Part shown: one piece after another, positions 20,667 to 29,437 of the stretch
How the letters are laid out: the number at the start of each line of letters is the position of its first letter
Position numbering within the stretch: the stretch's first letter is position 1
From: a virus
Taxonomy: Duplodnaviria; Caudoviricetes
IMG/VR virus record: IMGVR_UViG_3300037493_002486
Location: 1-54,280 of that record
Direction: 5' to 3' (one strand)
Length of the DNA stretch: 54,280 nucleotides
Notes under the pieces: generated by a model
Database searches by the model: none
Seen by the model: only the letters and a program-made list of their open reading frames with translations
Told to the model about the DNA's origin: nothing
Made by a program: the position numbers and the translations under genes

Positions 20667-20952
20667 ATCAACCCTATCGCAAGATGTTGTGCTGAATTAC
20701 ACCGTCTTACCAGAGATATATGGGTCACTTGAGGATGAGTTTGAATACATCCCTGAGCAAATTGAGATAGACGAGGCTTGGCTTGAGCTAAAGAGTCGTA
20801 AATCAGGTAAGATTAGACGCATTAACATTACCGATACGCTTTCTGACGATCAAATCTTGAAGTTTGAAGACGATGTCATGACGTATCGCGCTACAATTAA
20901 ACGTAATTTTTTGAATAAAAAGAGAAAGGATACATATGACCTGGAATCATAG
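20650..20952 (+). CDS. Hypothetical protein
   Basis: RBS GAGGAG; overlapping operon arrangement. Confidence 0.6.
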   Translation: MANTIKSTLSQDVVLNYTVLPEIYGSLEDEFEYIPEQIEIDEAWLELKSRKSGKIRRINITDTLSDDQILKFEDDVMTYRATIKRNFLNKKRKDTYDLES

Positions 20953-21166
20953 AGTAGTACGCTTTGAAGACGATGAAATGGGCGAGTATTTTGAGATTAA
21001 AGAGGTATTTTACGATAAAGACGGTGGCTTATCTGGTTATTCTGACGCCACTATCCTATCGGAATCCTTCGATGGCCTACACGAGCAGTTGGACATGTTC
21101 AAACGTGCGACATCCAAGCCCATAATCAACGAATTTGAGTTCTTTTTGCCTAAGGCCGCGTCATGA
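20936..21166 (+). CDS. Conserved phage hypothetical protein (MTWNHRV family)
   Basis: WNHRV...EVFYD motif; RBS AAGGA. Confidence 0.7.
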   Translation: MTWNHRVVRFEDDEMGEYFEIKEVFYDKDGGLSGYSDATILSESFDGLHEQLDMFKRATSKPIINEFEFFLPKAAS

Positions 21167-21262
21167 GCTACGCACTTTCAGCACTAATAGGCATTATTAT
21201 CGGGATTTCAGGCGTAGCAACGAAGCCTGACCCTCAACAAACAGATAAGAAAGAAGAGATAC

Positions 21263-21451
21263 ATGACAGCAAAGACACCAAAAGATGATGTAGATGACCT
21301 AGACTACCGAGATATGTTTGCTATCGGCGCAATGATAGGTATGATATCGAATGGAGGACATGCTCCTAGGAGTTGCGCTGAAATGGCGTACATATATGCA
21401 GATGCAATGTTAAAAGAAAGGAAGAAAGATGGTTTCCAAAACTCGTACTGA
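21263..21451 (+). CDS. Conserved phage hypothetical protein
   Basis: RDMFAIGAM...AYIYADAMLKER motif, common in phage small proteins. Confidence 0.7.
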   Translation: MTAKTPKDDVDDLDYRDMFAIGAMIGMISNGGHAPRSCAEMAYIYADAMLKERKKDGFQNSY

Positions 21452-21962
21452 TGCCTTTATTGAATCAGAGCAAAACAAATTAAGGATAATGGAGCTTCTT
21501 AATAAGCACCCCTTGTCTCGTAGTCAGATTTGCTTGAGGCTTCACATCTCTAAGATGCAGATGCACAACCTACTTAAGGCGCTATGTGGCAAAGGCTACG
21601 TTAAGATAGACGATGATTCGTACTTCTGTACTGTTAGTAATCGTACCATGTGCAGTTATGCGCCTACTGGGCTTCCTTATGTAGGTAGGGACATCAAAGA
21701 GATCGAGATTAAGGCTGAGAAAAACAAGGTGCACAGAGAACGTCGCGCGGCTCAAGGACCACGGACCTACAAAAAGAATCCAGTAAAAGAAGGCCGGCCT
21801 GCAAAGGCGGAGCCCGTTGTAGTAAAAGTGGATGAACACACGACTATGTACTTTAATAGCCGACGTCCTGCTTCTGACTTTAAGATGAAGAAGGAAGAGA
21901 AGAGCCGTCGTAACAGTAAAGTAGCCATTGGCAGTGGAATGGGAATGTTCGGGAATTGGTAA
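21429..21962 (+). CDS. Putative winged-helix DNA-binding protein
   Basis: N-terminal HTH-like LSRSQICLRLHISKMQMHNLLKAL. Confidence 0.5.
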   Translation: MVSKTRTDAFIESEQNKLRIMELLNKHPLSRSQICLRLHISKMQMHNLLKALCGKGYVKIDDDSYFCTVSNRTMCSYAPTGLPYVGRDIKEIEIKAEKNKVHRERRAAQGPRTYKKNPVKEGRPAKAEPVVVKVDEHTTMYFNSRRPASDFKMKKEEKSRRNSKVAIGSGMGMFGNW

Positions 21963-22141
21963 TGGATAAACTAGATGAAAAGAACGCAGAGGCATTTGGG
22001 CAGACAGTGGTGGGCATTGTTAAAGGTATGCAAGATCCTGACTATCTATCTATTGGAATGCTTATTGAAAATATATACATACGGTTTCAGAAAGAAGCCG
22101 AACGCGATGCCCGCGACGCGGCAAACGGAAAGAGAGTCTAA
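21962..22141 (+). CDS. Hypothetical protein
   Basis: ATG overlaps the upstream TAA (MDKLDEK...). Confidence 0.55.
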   Translation: MDKLDEKNAEAFGQTVVGIVKGMQDPDYLSIGMLIENIYIRFQKEAERDARDAANGKRV

Positions 22142-22143
22142 TT

Positions 22144-22317
22144 ATGAAATTAAATAAAATGAATCATTTGTATCAATGGATGTGGTGGCAAAAGGGTGAA
22201 TGTGTTGTTGAAGTAATTAGTGTGGGTCACTTCCCTACTACTGCAATGGTAAAACTACCCAATGACAAGTTGACCGAAATAGACATCGTCGAACTTGAAA
22301 TAGCGAACGACCTTTAA
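22144..22317 (+). CDS. Hypothetical protein (57 aa, not in ORF track)
   Basis: MKLNKMNHLYQWMWW...GHFPTTAMVKLP...; fills the operon gap. Confidence 0.55.
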   Translation: MKLNKMNHLYQWMWWQKGECVVEVISVGHFPTTAMVKLPNDKLTEIDIVELEIANDL

Positions 22318-22327
22318 GGAGCATGAC

Positions 22328-22597
22328 ATGAGTGTATTTACAGATATGGAAGAAAGCATTATGGATTGCTGGGGCGTGATAGATGATTTAAAAGCCATGG
22401 CAGAAGGCGGAGAAGAGGCTATCTCTCCTGAATTGTTGCTGGCGTTTGCAGAAGTGTACACGTTTAAATTCTCACGGCTCGCGGACCTACACGAGGACGC
22501 GCTGAAGGAATACTATACGCTTAAAGGGGATAACGAAATATCCTTATCCGTAGATCTCATGGAAGAATTAGATTTACATGGAGACCTACAATGGTAG
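22328..22597 (+). CDS. Acidic hypothetical protein
   Basis: RBS AAGGAG; IMDCWGVIDDL motif. Confidence 0.65.
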   Translation: MSVFTDMEESIMDCWGVIDDLKAMAEGGEEAISPELLLAFAEVYTFKFSRLADLHEDALKEYYTLKGDNEISLSVDLMEELDLHGDLQW

Positions 22598-22758
22598 CGC
22601 GCAACGAAATCACTGGAGACAAAATCCAGTCTAAGGTAAACGAGAACGACAAGTTTGACAAAAACTACGGTGAGATAGACTGGTCCGTTAAACTTGAGGA
22701 CACGCCCGTCAAGCCTGTAGAGGGGGTAAAAAATGAAGATGAATGTAATCCCAATTAA
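22591..22758 (+). CDS. Small conserved phage protein (55 aa, not in ORF track)
   Basis: MVARNEITGDKIQSK...KFDKNYGEIDW; RBS GGAG. Confidence 0.6.
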   Translation: MVARNEITGDKIQSKVNENDKFDKNYGEIDWSVKLEDTPVKPVEGVKNEDECNPN

Positions 22759-23959
22759 GGATGCATTAAAACAGAATAGTCCTTCGATACTAAAGCCTTC
22801 TGAGAAGAACACCTCTCTGCCATTAAAGCAGTTTTCTGATTACTGGCTAGAGAATATGGCCCTTCCTAATCCATCTGGACTAGGGCAATTGCAGATTACA
22901 TCCATCTGCGATTCAAGGTGTGAGTACTGCTCGAATGATTCAAATGAGTTTCTTACTGGTCGGAATAAGTTTAGAGACCTTGGTGAGATTGAAAAAGTAT
23001 TGTGGGCTATTCCCTTCAGCTTTTCAGGGACCTTTTATTTGAATGAAAGCTTGCCAGGCCGCATCAGTGAAGGGGAGGCATTACTGCACCCTGATATAGA
23101 TAAGGTTATGGCGCTAATACGTGCAAGGTTTCCGTACAACGTAATCAGTATAACCACCAGTGGCTCTCAGTTGTCACATGAAATGGTCGAAAGGATCGCC
23201 CCGTTTACGCCTATAGATATAGTCTATTCCATCCCTTCCTTCCAAGAGAAGCATTGGAACGTTATCTATAAACTAAAAGAAAAACATTTTAATAATTTTA
23301 TTAACTCGTTTGCTTTGATAAGGAATTATCTTTTTACATACCATGCAAACATTACACCGTTGCCGAGTATGGTGGGTTACGATGACTTAGACAACACGAT
23401 TAGATGCTGTAGAGAGGTTGGCATTAGCCATATCAACATCTACGCGCCAGGCTATACAAAATATACTCCAGAAAAAATAATTAGTTCGATGATTTACGAT
23501 AAATACGAATTAAGTAATTTCTTATCGGACATGTCGCGTAAGCATGATGTACTAATTACCTGGCCTTTGGATCCTAACATACCCTTATCCTTTCCGATAA
23601 ATAACCTGTCAGAGCATATGAAAAGTATATATCATCAAGGGCACAGGGAATGTTATTGGATGGTCTCTACCGCCGTTGCATCTAGGTTTAAAGAAGTAAT
23701 GGACAAGATAACAAGGACCATCCCTGTTGAAGCGCATGTAATACCTGTTGAGAACTCGAATTACGGTGGTAATATAGAAGTAGCGGGGCTGTTAGTCGTT
23801 GCGGATATTAAAAAGAAAGTAGATGAATTAAAACTAGAAGGTAAATACATCATTGTTCCAAGTACATTTTTAGATTTGTATGGGTTTGACTTAAATAGTG
23901 AAAACTTTTTAGATTATATTAAAACATCAAGTAATTACTTTTATGTATTTTCGTGGTAA
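22733..23959 (+). CDS. Radical SAM enzyme with DUF512-like C-terminus
   Basis: CxxxCxxC (CDSRCEYC), SEGEALLHP and C-terminal NSNYGGNIEVAGLLVVADI. Confidence 0.8.
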   Translation: MKMNVIPIKDALKQNSPSILKPSEKNTSLPLKQFSDYWLENMALPNPSGLGQLQITSICDSRCEYCSNDSNEFLTGRNKFRDLGEIEKVLWAIPFSFSGTFYLNESLPGRISEGEALLHPDIDKVMALIRARFPYNVISITTSGSQLSHEMVERIAPFTPIDIVYSIPSFQEKHWNVIYKLKEKHFNNFINSFALIRNYLFTYHANITPLPSMVGYDDLDNTIRCCREVGISHINIYAPGYTKYTPEKIISSMIYDKYELSNFLSDMSRKHDVLITWPLDPNIPLSFPINNLSEHMKSIYHQGHRECYWMVSTAVASRFKEVMDKITRTIPVEAHVIPVENSNYGGNIEVAGLLVVADIKKKVDELKLEGKYIIVPSTFLDLYGFDLNSENFLDYIKTSSNYFYVFSW

Positions 23960-23996
23960 AGATGGTTCATTTTTAAACTATATAAGGAGATAGATA

Positions 23997-24218
23997 ATGC
24001 CATGTACTCAGGATTGCAACCAAGGACGCACGTGCACGTGTCAGCCGGATAGGAGCGTGGACCGCGCGACAGTCGTGATCGCGACCCTGCTTACCATCTG
24101 CTTTCTTTCCATTGGTCTGGGCTTGTATAAGCTTTTCAGTGGAAACAAAGGCCAAGAGTGCGCTGTCGAAGTGCAATTCAAGGACAGTAGGGCAACTTAT
24201 ATAGGGACAAGTGTATGA
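23997..24218 (+). CDS. Small Cys-rich membrane protein
   Basis: MPCTQDCNQGRTCTC followed by one hydrophobic helix; RBS AAGGAG. Confidence 0.65.
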   Translation: MPCTQDCNQGRTCTCQPDRSVDRATVVIATLLTICFLSIGLGLYKLFSGNKGQECAVEVQFKDSRATYIGTSV

Positions 24219-24334
24219 CCGAAGCAGAAATGGAAGAGCTACGCTTCTTATTGATACTCAGTAAGATGAAAGAGAACGCTGACAAATTGAAAATGGAACT
24301 AACAGATTGTAAAGAAGTCGCGACTATAATGTAA
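24215..24334 (+). CDS. Hypothetical 39-aa protein (not in ORF track)
   Basis: ATGA overlap with the upstream stop; MTEAEMEELRFLLILSKMKE... Confidence 0.45.
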   Translation: MTEAEMEELRFLLILSKMKENADKLKMELTDCKEVATIM

Positions 24335-24700
24335 AGCTGTTCAATAAAGTCGCTTTGGCGGGTAAGTAACTATGCTGGAAACCGTTGGTACAACTAGGTT
24401 TGAGGTACATTGAGTGAGCATTGTTTGCGCATATATCACTTTTTTGCGTTTAATTCGTGCGGATCAAAAAAGTTTGTGTGTAATATAATGTGTAAAATTC
24501 TACACAAAACTAAACTATTAGTTTACATCCAAGCAGAAATGTAAACCATGGGACACAGTTTGAGTGTAAATAATGATTATCCGTATGGTGATATGTATAA
24601 AAAAGAGCAAAATCTATACATATACACACGATGTGTATAAAAAACAGTGAAATATGTACACATGTGCATTTTTTGCACATTACTAACTAGGAGATTTACC

Positions 24701-24772
24701 ATGTGGACCACACCAGCGGCAACAGAAATGCGCTTCGGCTTTGAAGTGACAATGTACGTAATGAACAAGTAG
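24701..24772 (+). CDS. pqqA: Pyrroloquinoline quinone precursor peptide PqqA (23 aa, not in ORF track)
   Basis: MWTTPAATEMRFGFEVTMYVMNK contains the W..P...R.GFEVTMY pattern (E-x3-Y). RBS AGGAG at 24689-24693 and a terminator directly after. Confidence 0.93.
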   Translation: MWTTPAATEMRFGFEVTMYVMNK

Positions 24773-24788
24773 TAACATATTTGTTACT

Positions 24789-24811
24789 AAGCCACCTTCG
24801 GGTGGCTTTTT
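24789..24811 (+). terminator. Rho-independent terminator after pqqA
   Basis: AAGCCACC-TTCG-GGTGGCTT followed by a T tract. Confidence 0.85.
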
Positions 24812-24848
24812 GTTACATGTAACACGTATATACTAAATGTATATACCT

Positions 24849-25277
24849 TTAGCGCTCTAAAAAACTCCCTTCCTTCATCTGACGCTCTTCATGGTGCCAT
24901 ATCCGGTGACAGCTGGCACACAACACCACGCATTTTGACTCAATCTCCGCACGGGCCATCTTGTATGCCCCGTTTTGGGCCAGCTCACTTATCTTTCTAT
25001 TGGCTGGGTCTTTTATAACATGGTGGAAGTCCAACGTGGCCGGATGATTCTGTCCGCACTGCACGCACTCCAAGGTGGACTTATACTCTTCCCACTCGGC
25101 CCGCATACGAATCTTCTGCATCCGTATGCGCTCGATGTGCGCTTCCCTGTTGTTGTGGTAGTGTTTACTTGAATACTGCCGTTGTTTTAATCTTCGTTCT
25201 TCCGGATCTTTAATTGGCATAGTAGAATATACCCTTACAGAAAGACTCTTTATAACATTTATCGTATTAATATGCAA
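24849..25277 (-). CDS. HNH endonuclease
   Basis: CVQCG...LDFHH...CVVLCASCHRIWH; the true start is probably the internal MPIKD. Confidence 0.8.
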   Translation of the reverse strand: MHINTINVIKSLSVRVYSTMPIKDPEERRLKQRQYSSKHYHNNREAHIERIRMQKIRMRAEWEEYKSTLECVQCGQNHPATLDFHHVIKDPANRKISELAQNGAYKMARAEIESKCVVLCASCHRIWHHEERQMKEGSFLER

Positions 25278-25307
25278 AATATGATAAATATCCTACCAAG
25301 GTGAAAA

Positions 25308-25424
25308 ATGACTGAAATCCTCGATTATTACCTATGCTACAAAGAAGCATTCTTACTTGGTGCGTCGTTTGGTATACTTGTTTCATATACTTTTGCTAAA
25401 AAAGCTTTACAAAATCATAGATGA
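25308..25424 (+). CDS. Small membrane protein (38 aa, not in ORF track)
   Basis: MTEILDYYLCYKEAFLLGASFGILVSYTFAKK...; AAGGTG upstream. Confidence 0.45.
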   Translation: MTEILDYYLCYKEAFLLGASFGILVSYTFAKKALQNHR

Positions 25425-25496
25425 TGGTATTCTAGTTGCTCAAACCTATTTTTGGGGCGAATTATGTTTAACAGAAAGTTAGAAAAGGAAAATATC

Positions 25497-25688
25497 ATGT
25501 ATTTAATAGACTTAGCACGGGTGCAATTGCCACCTAATGAACTGCATGCCGCTATCGCACGTCGCGATGACAAAGTTGCACGGCTCAAGGAGCAAATGGG
25601 AAGTAAATACCGTCTTCATCCAGACAACATGGTCCGCTTACCACGGAACATACCTAATTTCTTGTTGAAGGAGAATGATAATGATTGA
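25497..25688 (+). CDS. Hypothetical protein
   Basis: ATG after an AAGGA RBS; MGSKYRLHPDN motif. Confidence 0.6.
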   Translation: MYLIDLARVQLPPNELHAAIARRDDKVARLKEQMGSKYRLHPDNMVRLPRNIPNFLLKENDND

Positions 25689-25872
25689 GTTTTTATTAGT
25701 AGGTGTAGTAGTTAATTTCATATTACTTGCAGGACTTTTTTATGTGTGCTCAAAAGAGTTTGAAAGATTAGAAGCTAGGCATAAGAAGGAAGAGGAAAAC
25801 TTTATTAAATTGATAGTGAGATACTATGAATTATTTCTTGAAATTAAGGAATTAAAAAGGGGTAAAAAATGA
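25681..25872 (+). CDS. Small membrane protein
   Basis: N-terminal transmembrane helix; RBS AAGGAG. Confidence 0.55.
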   Translation: MIEFLLVGVVVNFILLAGLFYVCSKEFERLEARHKKEEENFIKLIVRYYELFLEIKELKRGKK

Positions 25873-26090
25873 AAACAATCGTCCATGTTAACCAACATGT
25901 GATTAAGGAAAATTCAAAGACAGGGGAAAGAAATCCCGTGTTGACTGTTAAAACTTATAAGACCAATACCTACGCACACGAAGTAGAGATAAAAGGCGAC
26001 AGCAAGGTTGTATACAGCCCTGACAAGCCTTTAAGTTGCGGCGCCAAGGTATGGATCGAGACTCAAGGAGAGGTGGTGATAATAAAATGA
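25869..26090 (+). CDS. Conserved phage hypothetical protein
   Basis: IVHVNQHVIK...YSPDKPLSCGAKVWIET motif. Confidence 0.75.
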   Translation: MKTIVHVNQHVIKENSKTGERNPVLTVKTYKTNTYAHEVEIKGDSKVVYSPDKPLSCGAKVWIETQGEVVIIK

Positions 26091-26278
26091 AATACACATA
26101 CGACACAGAGCTATTGTCCGACCTTTATAAAGACGCTTACGGCTTTCGTCCTGACGCAGAATACTTTAAGGCCTGGAAGGAATACCCCGACGACTTTAAA
26201 CAAGTTATATGGAACAGAATACTGGTCGACCTTGCGGCGGCCATAGAAGCAGATAAGGAAGAAGAGCAATATGAGTGA
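26087..26278 (+). CDS. Conserved phage hypothetical protein
   Basis: SDLYKDAYGFRP motif; ATGA overlap with the upstream gene. Confidence 0.7.
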   Translation: MKYTYDTELLSDLYKDAYGFRPDAEYFKAWKEYPDDFKQVIWNRILVDLAAAIEADKEEEQYE

Positions 26279-26606
26279 TTTACACGCTTTTAAAGACACA
26301 AAAGATATGACGGACTGGCTACGTGACAATGCATGGTCAGGATTAAGAGGAGAGGGCACGATTTCTTCTTCCCCAATGTCCGACCCTGTCAATTCTCCAT
26401 CGCACTACACCAGCGGAGGGATCGAAACGATCGACTACATGGAGGCCAAGTCCACCCCTGAGGAATTCAGAGGGCACCTACGCCTATCTGCACTCAAGTA
26501 TCTGTCCCGCGCCGGCCTTAAAGACGACACACTCAAGGATTTAAAGAAAGCGCAGTGGTATATCAATGCCTTGGTGGACTTTATTGAAGACAATCAAGAT
26601 AATTAA
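26271..26606 (+). CDS. DUF3310 (SaV-like) protein
   Basis: DPVNSPSHYTSGGIETIDY...KYLSRAGLK...DLKKAQWY. Confidence 0.85.
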   Translation: MSDLHAFKDTKDMTDWLRDNAWSGLRGEGTISSSPMSDPVNSPSHYTSGGIETIDYMEAKSTPEEFRGHLRLSALKYLSRAGLKDDTLKDLKKAQWYINALVDFIEDNQDN

Positions 26607-26621
26607 TAGTAAACTAGGCCA

Positions 26622-26813
26622 ATGGACGACGAAAAACTAATGCAGATAGTCAGGATTACTGTGGACGGGATAACGTATCCCATGTTCGCACCTGTTATAT
26701 GCAAAGAAGACGAAGAAGTAGGCGAAATTCAAGACCTAGAATTCGGTGAAATCGTCGTAATGAAACACATCGTATCTTGCTTACTTCATGGACTGAATAA
26801 TACGGTGCAATGA
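26622..26813 (+). CDS. Hypothetical protein
   Basis: Last ORF of the accessory operon. Confidence 0.45.
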   Translation: MDDEKLMQIVRITVDGITYPMFAPVICKEDEEVGEIQDLEFGEIVVMKHIVSCLLHGLNNTVQ

Positions 26814-26839
26814 CAAGAAAATAATGGCATTTAGGTAAC

Positions 26840-27270
26840 TTATTACGGCCAAAACAGAGAATAATTTTATAGAGACCCGAAGGTCTCTTTTTTTTATAAG
26901 TAGCGTTTTGAAAAATAGACGTAATGTAACGTAATGGGGTTTTTTAATGGATTTTGGGTGTTTTTGCTTAAAAAATAGGCAATTTTGCTTAAAAAATAGG
27001 CAGGTTTTTAGGTGCGTTTTGAGAGGGAAATAGGCTGAATGGCTTGGTGCGTGGGTCTTGGGGGGTTTTTCATGTTGGTTTGTTAATGGATCATGGCTCA
27101 CGGACCACGGAGCAATTAATGCATTCTATATAAGGTAGCGTTTTGAAAAAAAAAAAATTAAATTGTTTTTTTTAAAATTTGACGTAATAGACGTAATGCC
27201 GTAAGGAACCAGTCGTAGCAACGTTCTTCAGCATTACGTTACATTACGTTGAAATAATAGACGTAATGGA
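26840..27270. repeat. AT-rich non-coding region with ACGTAAT iteron-like repeats; candidate phage replication origin
   Basis: ACGTAAT at about 26919, 26929, 27182, 27191 and 27261, inverted ATTACGT at 27233 and 27243; long A/T runs; duplicated GTAGCGTTTTGAAAAA. Confidence 0.55.
26962..27002 (+). repeat. 21-bp-period tandem duplication TTTTGCTTAAAAAATAGGCA
   Basis: Two exact copies at 26962-26981 and 26983-27002. Confidence 0.9.
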
Positions 27271-27458
27271 ATATCAAAACGTTCTAAAAGTGCGCGCGAG
27301 ACCAAAATTTGGAAAAAATAAATTCTTTTTTTTGGCTAAAAAAGTGTAATGAGAGTGCTTTTTTTGAATAGGTTTGGAAGTAAATACATCTGTTTGGAAG
27401 TCCTTGTTATTTGTGTTACATTATCGGGTAAGATTTGGTATATGAGGAGAAAGTGATA

Positions 27459-27719
27459 ATGCCGTCGAAGGATGAAGAAGTAAAACTAACTGGAATAACA
27501 CCAAGAAAGCATGCTGTTCGCCATAGTGGCAATGGAAGAGCTAAGTATCCGTTTAAGGCAATGATCATAGGTGACTACTTTACTGTGGGCACTGAAGCAG
27601 AAGCCATCAACATACGAGGCGCTTTGAAATCGTTTTACAGAAGGATAGAGAATAGGCGCTTTACTGTTCGCCAGCCTATCGATAATGATTACATATGGAT
27701 TTGCAGGAGGGTAAGCTAA
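27459..27719 (+). CDS. Small putative DNA-binding protein
   Basis: KYPFKAMIIGDYF...FTVR...ICRR motif; RBS GAGGA. Confidence 0.6.
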   Translation: MPSKDEEVKLTGITPRKHAVRHSGNGRAKYPFKAMIIGDYFTVGTEAEAINIRGALKSFYRRIENRRFTVRQPIDNDYIWICRRVS

Positions 27720-28462
27720 TGGCGCTTAAGGATGTTTGGAATGTTCCGCCCATCTTGGGGGATAAATTGCAGAAGAGACTATCTAGTAATGTAGGCTCTT
27801 TGCTTAGTCAGAAGAAGAAGTTAAACGGCCGCGAGTGGAAGTTTGTGCAAGAGCTGGTATCCGGTGACGGCCAAGTCACAATGAAAGAGTGCGCTATCCT
27901 TGCTGGCTTTAGTGAGAAATCAGCAAAGGTTACGGCATGGAAGCTTACCAATCCTGAAATCTGTCCGCATGTAGTTGCCGCGATCCAAGAGTATCGTGCA
28001 GAGTTAAATGCAAAGTATGGCACCAATTACGATAGGCACATGAAGGATTTGCAGTTGATACGGGATAAAGCGCTTGAAGCTGGCGCTTTCGGTGCGGCTG
28101 TATCTGCTGAATATCGTCGAGGTCAGGCACTTGGAACCATCTACATCGAGAGGAAAGAAGTTCGCATAGGCACCATCGATAGTATGAGTAAAGACGAAGT
28201 AATGCGTAAGCTTGAGGAAATCAAAAGAATTTACGGCGCTCCACCTCAAACCATCATTGATATGGAACCTATTGATGTAGAGAGCACCATCGAGGTTGAA
28301 CCGGCATTTGACGCAAACGAGGTAATAGAGAATGGCAATAAAACCAGAGGCGGGGCTATACAAAAGGCTGAAAGAGAATCTACCGGAGGCGCACATCACG
28401 AGAATAGAATCGAGAGTGAACCTAGGGATACCGGACTGTCTGATAGCGCTGAACAAGACTAG
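27719..28462 (+). CDS. terS: Probable terminase small subunit
   Basis: N-terminal HTH with AILAGFSEKSAKVTAWKL and AAVSAEYRRGQALG; RBS AGGAGG. Confidence 0.7.
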   Translation: MALKDVWNVPPILGDKLQKRLSSNVGSLLSQKKKLNGREWKFVQELVSGDGQVTMKECAILAGFSEKSAKVTAWKLTNPEICPHVVAAIQEYRAELNAKYGTNYDRHMKDLQLIRDKALEAGAFGAAVSAEYRRGQALGTIYIERKEVRIGTIDSMSKDEVMRKLEEIKRIYGAPPQTIIDMEPIDVESTIEVEPAFDANEVIENGNKTRGGAIQKAERESTGGAHHENRIESEPRDTGLSDSAEQD

Positions 28463-28748
28463 GTTTGTAATGGTGGAGCTGAAAGTGGTAAAGCGCGGTA
28501 AGAAGGTCGCGCTTAGTCCACACCAAGTAGCCTTCCATCTCAAGCATGCCAGCTTAGGCTGTCCCACATATATCTTGGTGCAGTATCATCCGGCCGGCAC
28601 AACATCTGCATTAAAGGCCGAGCTATTGCTATATGACGGATCGCAAGCAGAGGATTTGCTGTTGCGTGGCGTGGAATGTATCCCAGCTGAAAAATGGCCG
28701 CTATCACATGTGCATTGGCATATGTTTAGGCATGCTTTAACCGAGTAA
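28332..28748 (+). CDS. VRR-NUC-like nuclease / Holliday junction resolvase
   Basis: E...RIE...GIPD...VELK...LSPHQVAF. Confidence 0.75.
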   Translation: MAIKPEAGLYKRLKENLPEAHITRIESRVNLGIPDCLIALNKTRFVMVELKVVKRGKKVALSPHQVAFHLKHASLGCPTYILVQYHPAGTTSALKAELLLYDGSQAEDLLLRGVECIPAEKWPLSHVHWHMFRHALTE

Positions 28749-28751
28749 AAG

Positions 28752-28776
28752 AAAAGGGGCTTAGCGCCCCTTTTTT
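28752..28776. terminator. Bidirectional Rho-independent terminator
   Basis: AAAAGGGGC-TTAGC-GCCCCTTTTTT between convergent gene blocks. Confidence 0.8.
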
Positions 28777-28933
28777 ATTGCCCTCCAAATATATTTGCAA
28801 ATAGCAACATCGATAATAGTCTAAATATAGTGCTGAGTTTGAACGGTGCCTCCGGCGCCGCTGGTTTAGTCTCTATCGTTGCTCGCTCGCGTCGCAATCG
28901 TCTGCGTCGATCGTGTGGGTTTTCTCGTGGCAT
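28775..28933 (-). CDS. Small hypothetical protein (52 aa, not in ORF track)
   Basis: MPRENPHDRRRR...LLSMLLFANIFGGQ; ends at the terminator. Confidence 0.45.
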   Translation of the reverse strand: MPRENPHDRRRRLRRERATIETKPAAPEAPFKLSTIFRLLSMLLFANIFGGQ

Positions 28934-28942
28934 AGCAAGTCA

Positions 28943-29155
28943 TCACCCCTTGTATACTCTAATTGCTTCATCTTCTATGTCATCAATGAATGAATCGCCT
29001 AAATCGCTTTCACGGACTGAATCGCCATCTTCATCTAGAATGCGCTTGATTGGCACTTCATACAATGTAGGGCTGTCGCCCGTGCCGTATCCGTCACGGT
29101 CTTCAGTCACATGCGCCGTTATCAAAAACCCTTGGTGCTCGAATTCAAAGCTCAT
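28943..29155 (-). CDS. Early hypothetical protein
   Basis: DGYGTGDSPT motif; RBS AAGG. Confidence 0.65.
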   Translation of the reverse strand: MSFEFEHQGFLITAHVTEDRDGYGTGDSPTLYEVPIKRILDEDGDSVRESDLGDSFIDDIEDEAIRVYKG

Positions 29156-29161
29156 GGATAT

Positions 29162-29437
29162 CTACCTTTCAAATGCATTTAAATAATCGTTAACGGCCTC
29201 GCTGGCGGTCTCGCCCTCATAGCTGGTCGCTATAATCTCGGCGCAGTCTTCTTCTGATAATTCATACCTTAGCCGCTTGGCATAGTCTTTTAAATCCGTA
29301 TGGTCAAAACTAATCTCTTCTACATAAGAGGCATTCGCTGTCTGATAGCGATACTCTTTAGCACAAGCCAAGGCGTCTTTTTCGTTATCAAAGGTGCCTA
29401 AGCATGTGCCGTTATGGTTGTATGCATTAAATGTCAT
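29162..29437 (-). CDS. Early hypothetical protein
   Basis: RBS GGAGGTG; acidic protein. Confidence 0.65.
   Translation of the reverse strand: MTFNAYNHNGTCLGTFDNEKDALACAKEYRYQTANASYVEEISFDHTDLKDYAKRLRYELSEEDCAEIIATSYEGETASEAVNDYLNAFER

Noticed and set aside
22733-23959. pqqE call for the radical SAM gene
   Set aside because: It lacks the C-terminal Cys-rich SPASM domain, and no pqqD/B/C is nearby.
24577-24768. 63-aa minus-strand ORF
   Set aside because: It is the antisense shadow of pqqA, which has the RBS, terminator and recognisable sequence.
26781-27101. 106-aa minus-strand ORF
   Set aside because: Low-complexity translation of the AT-rich repeat region.
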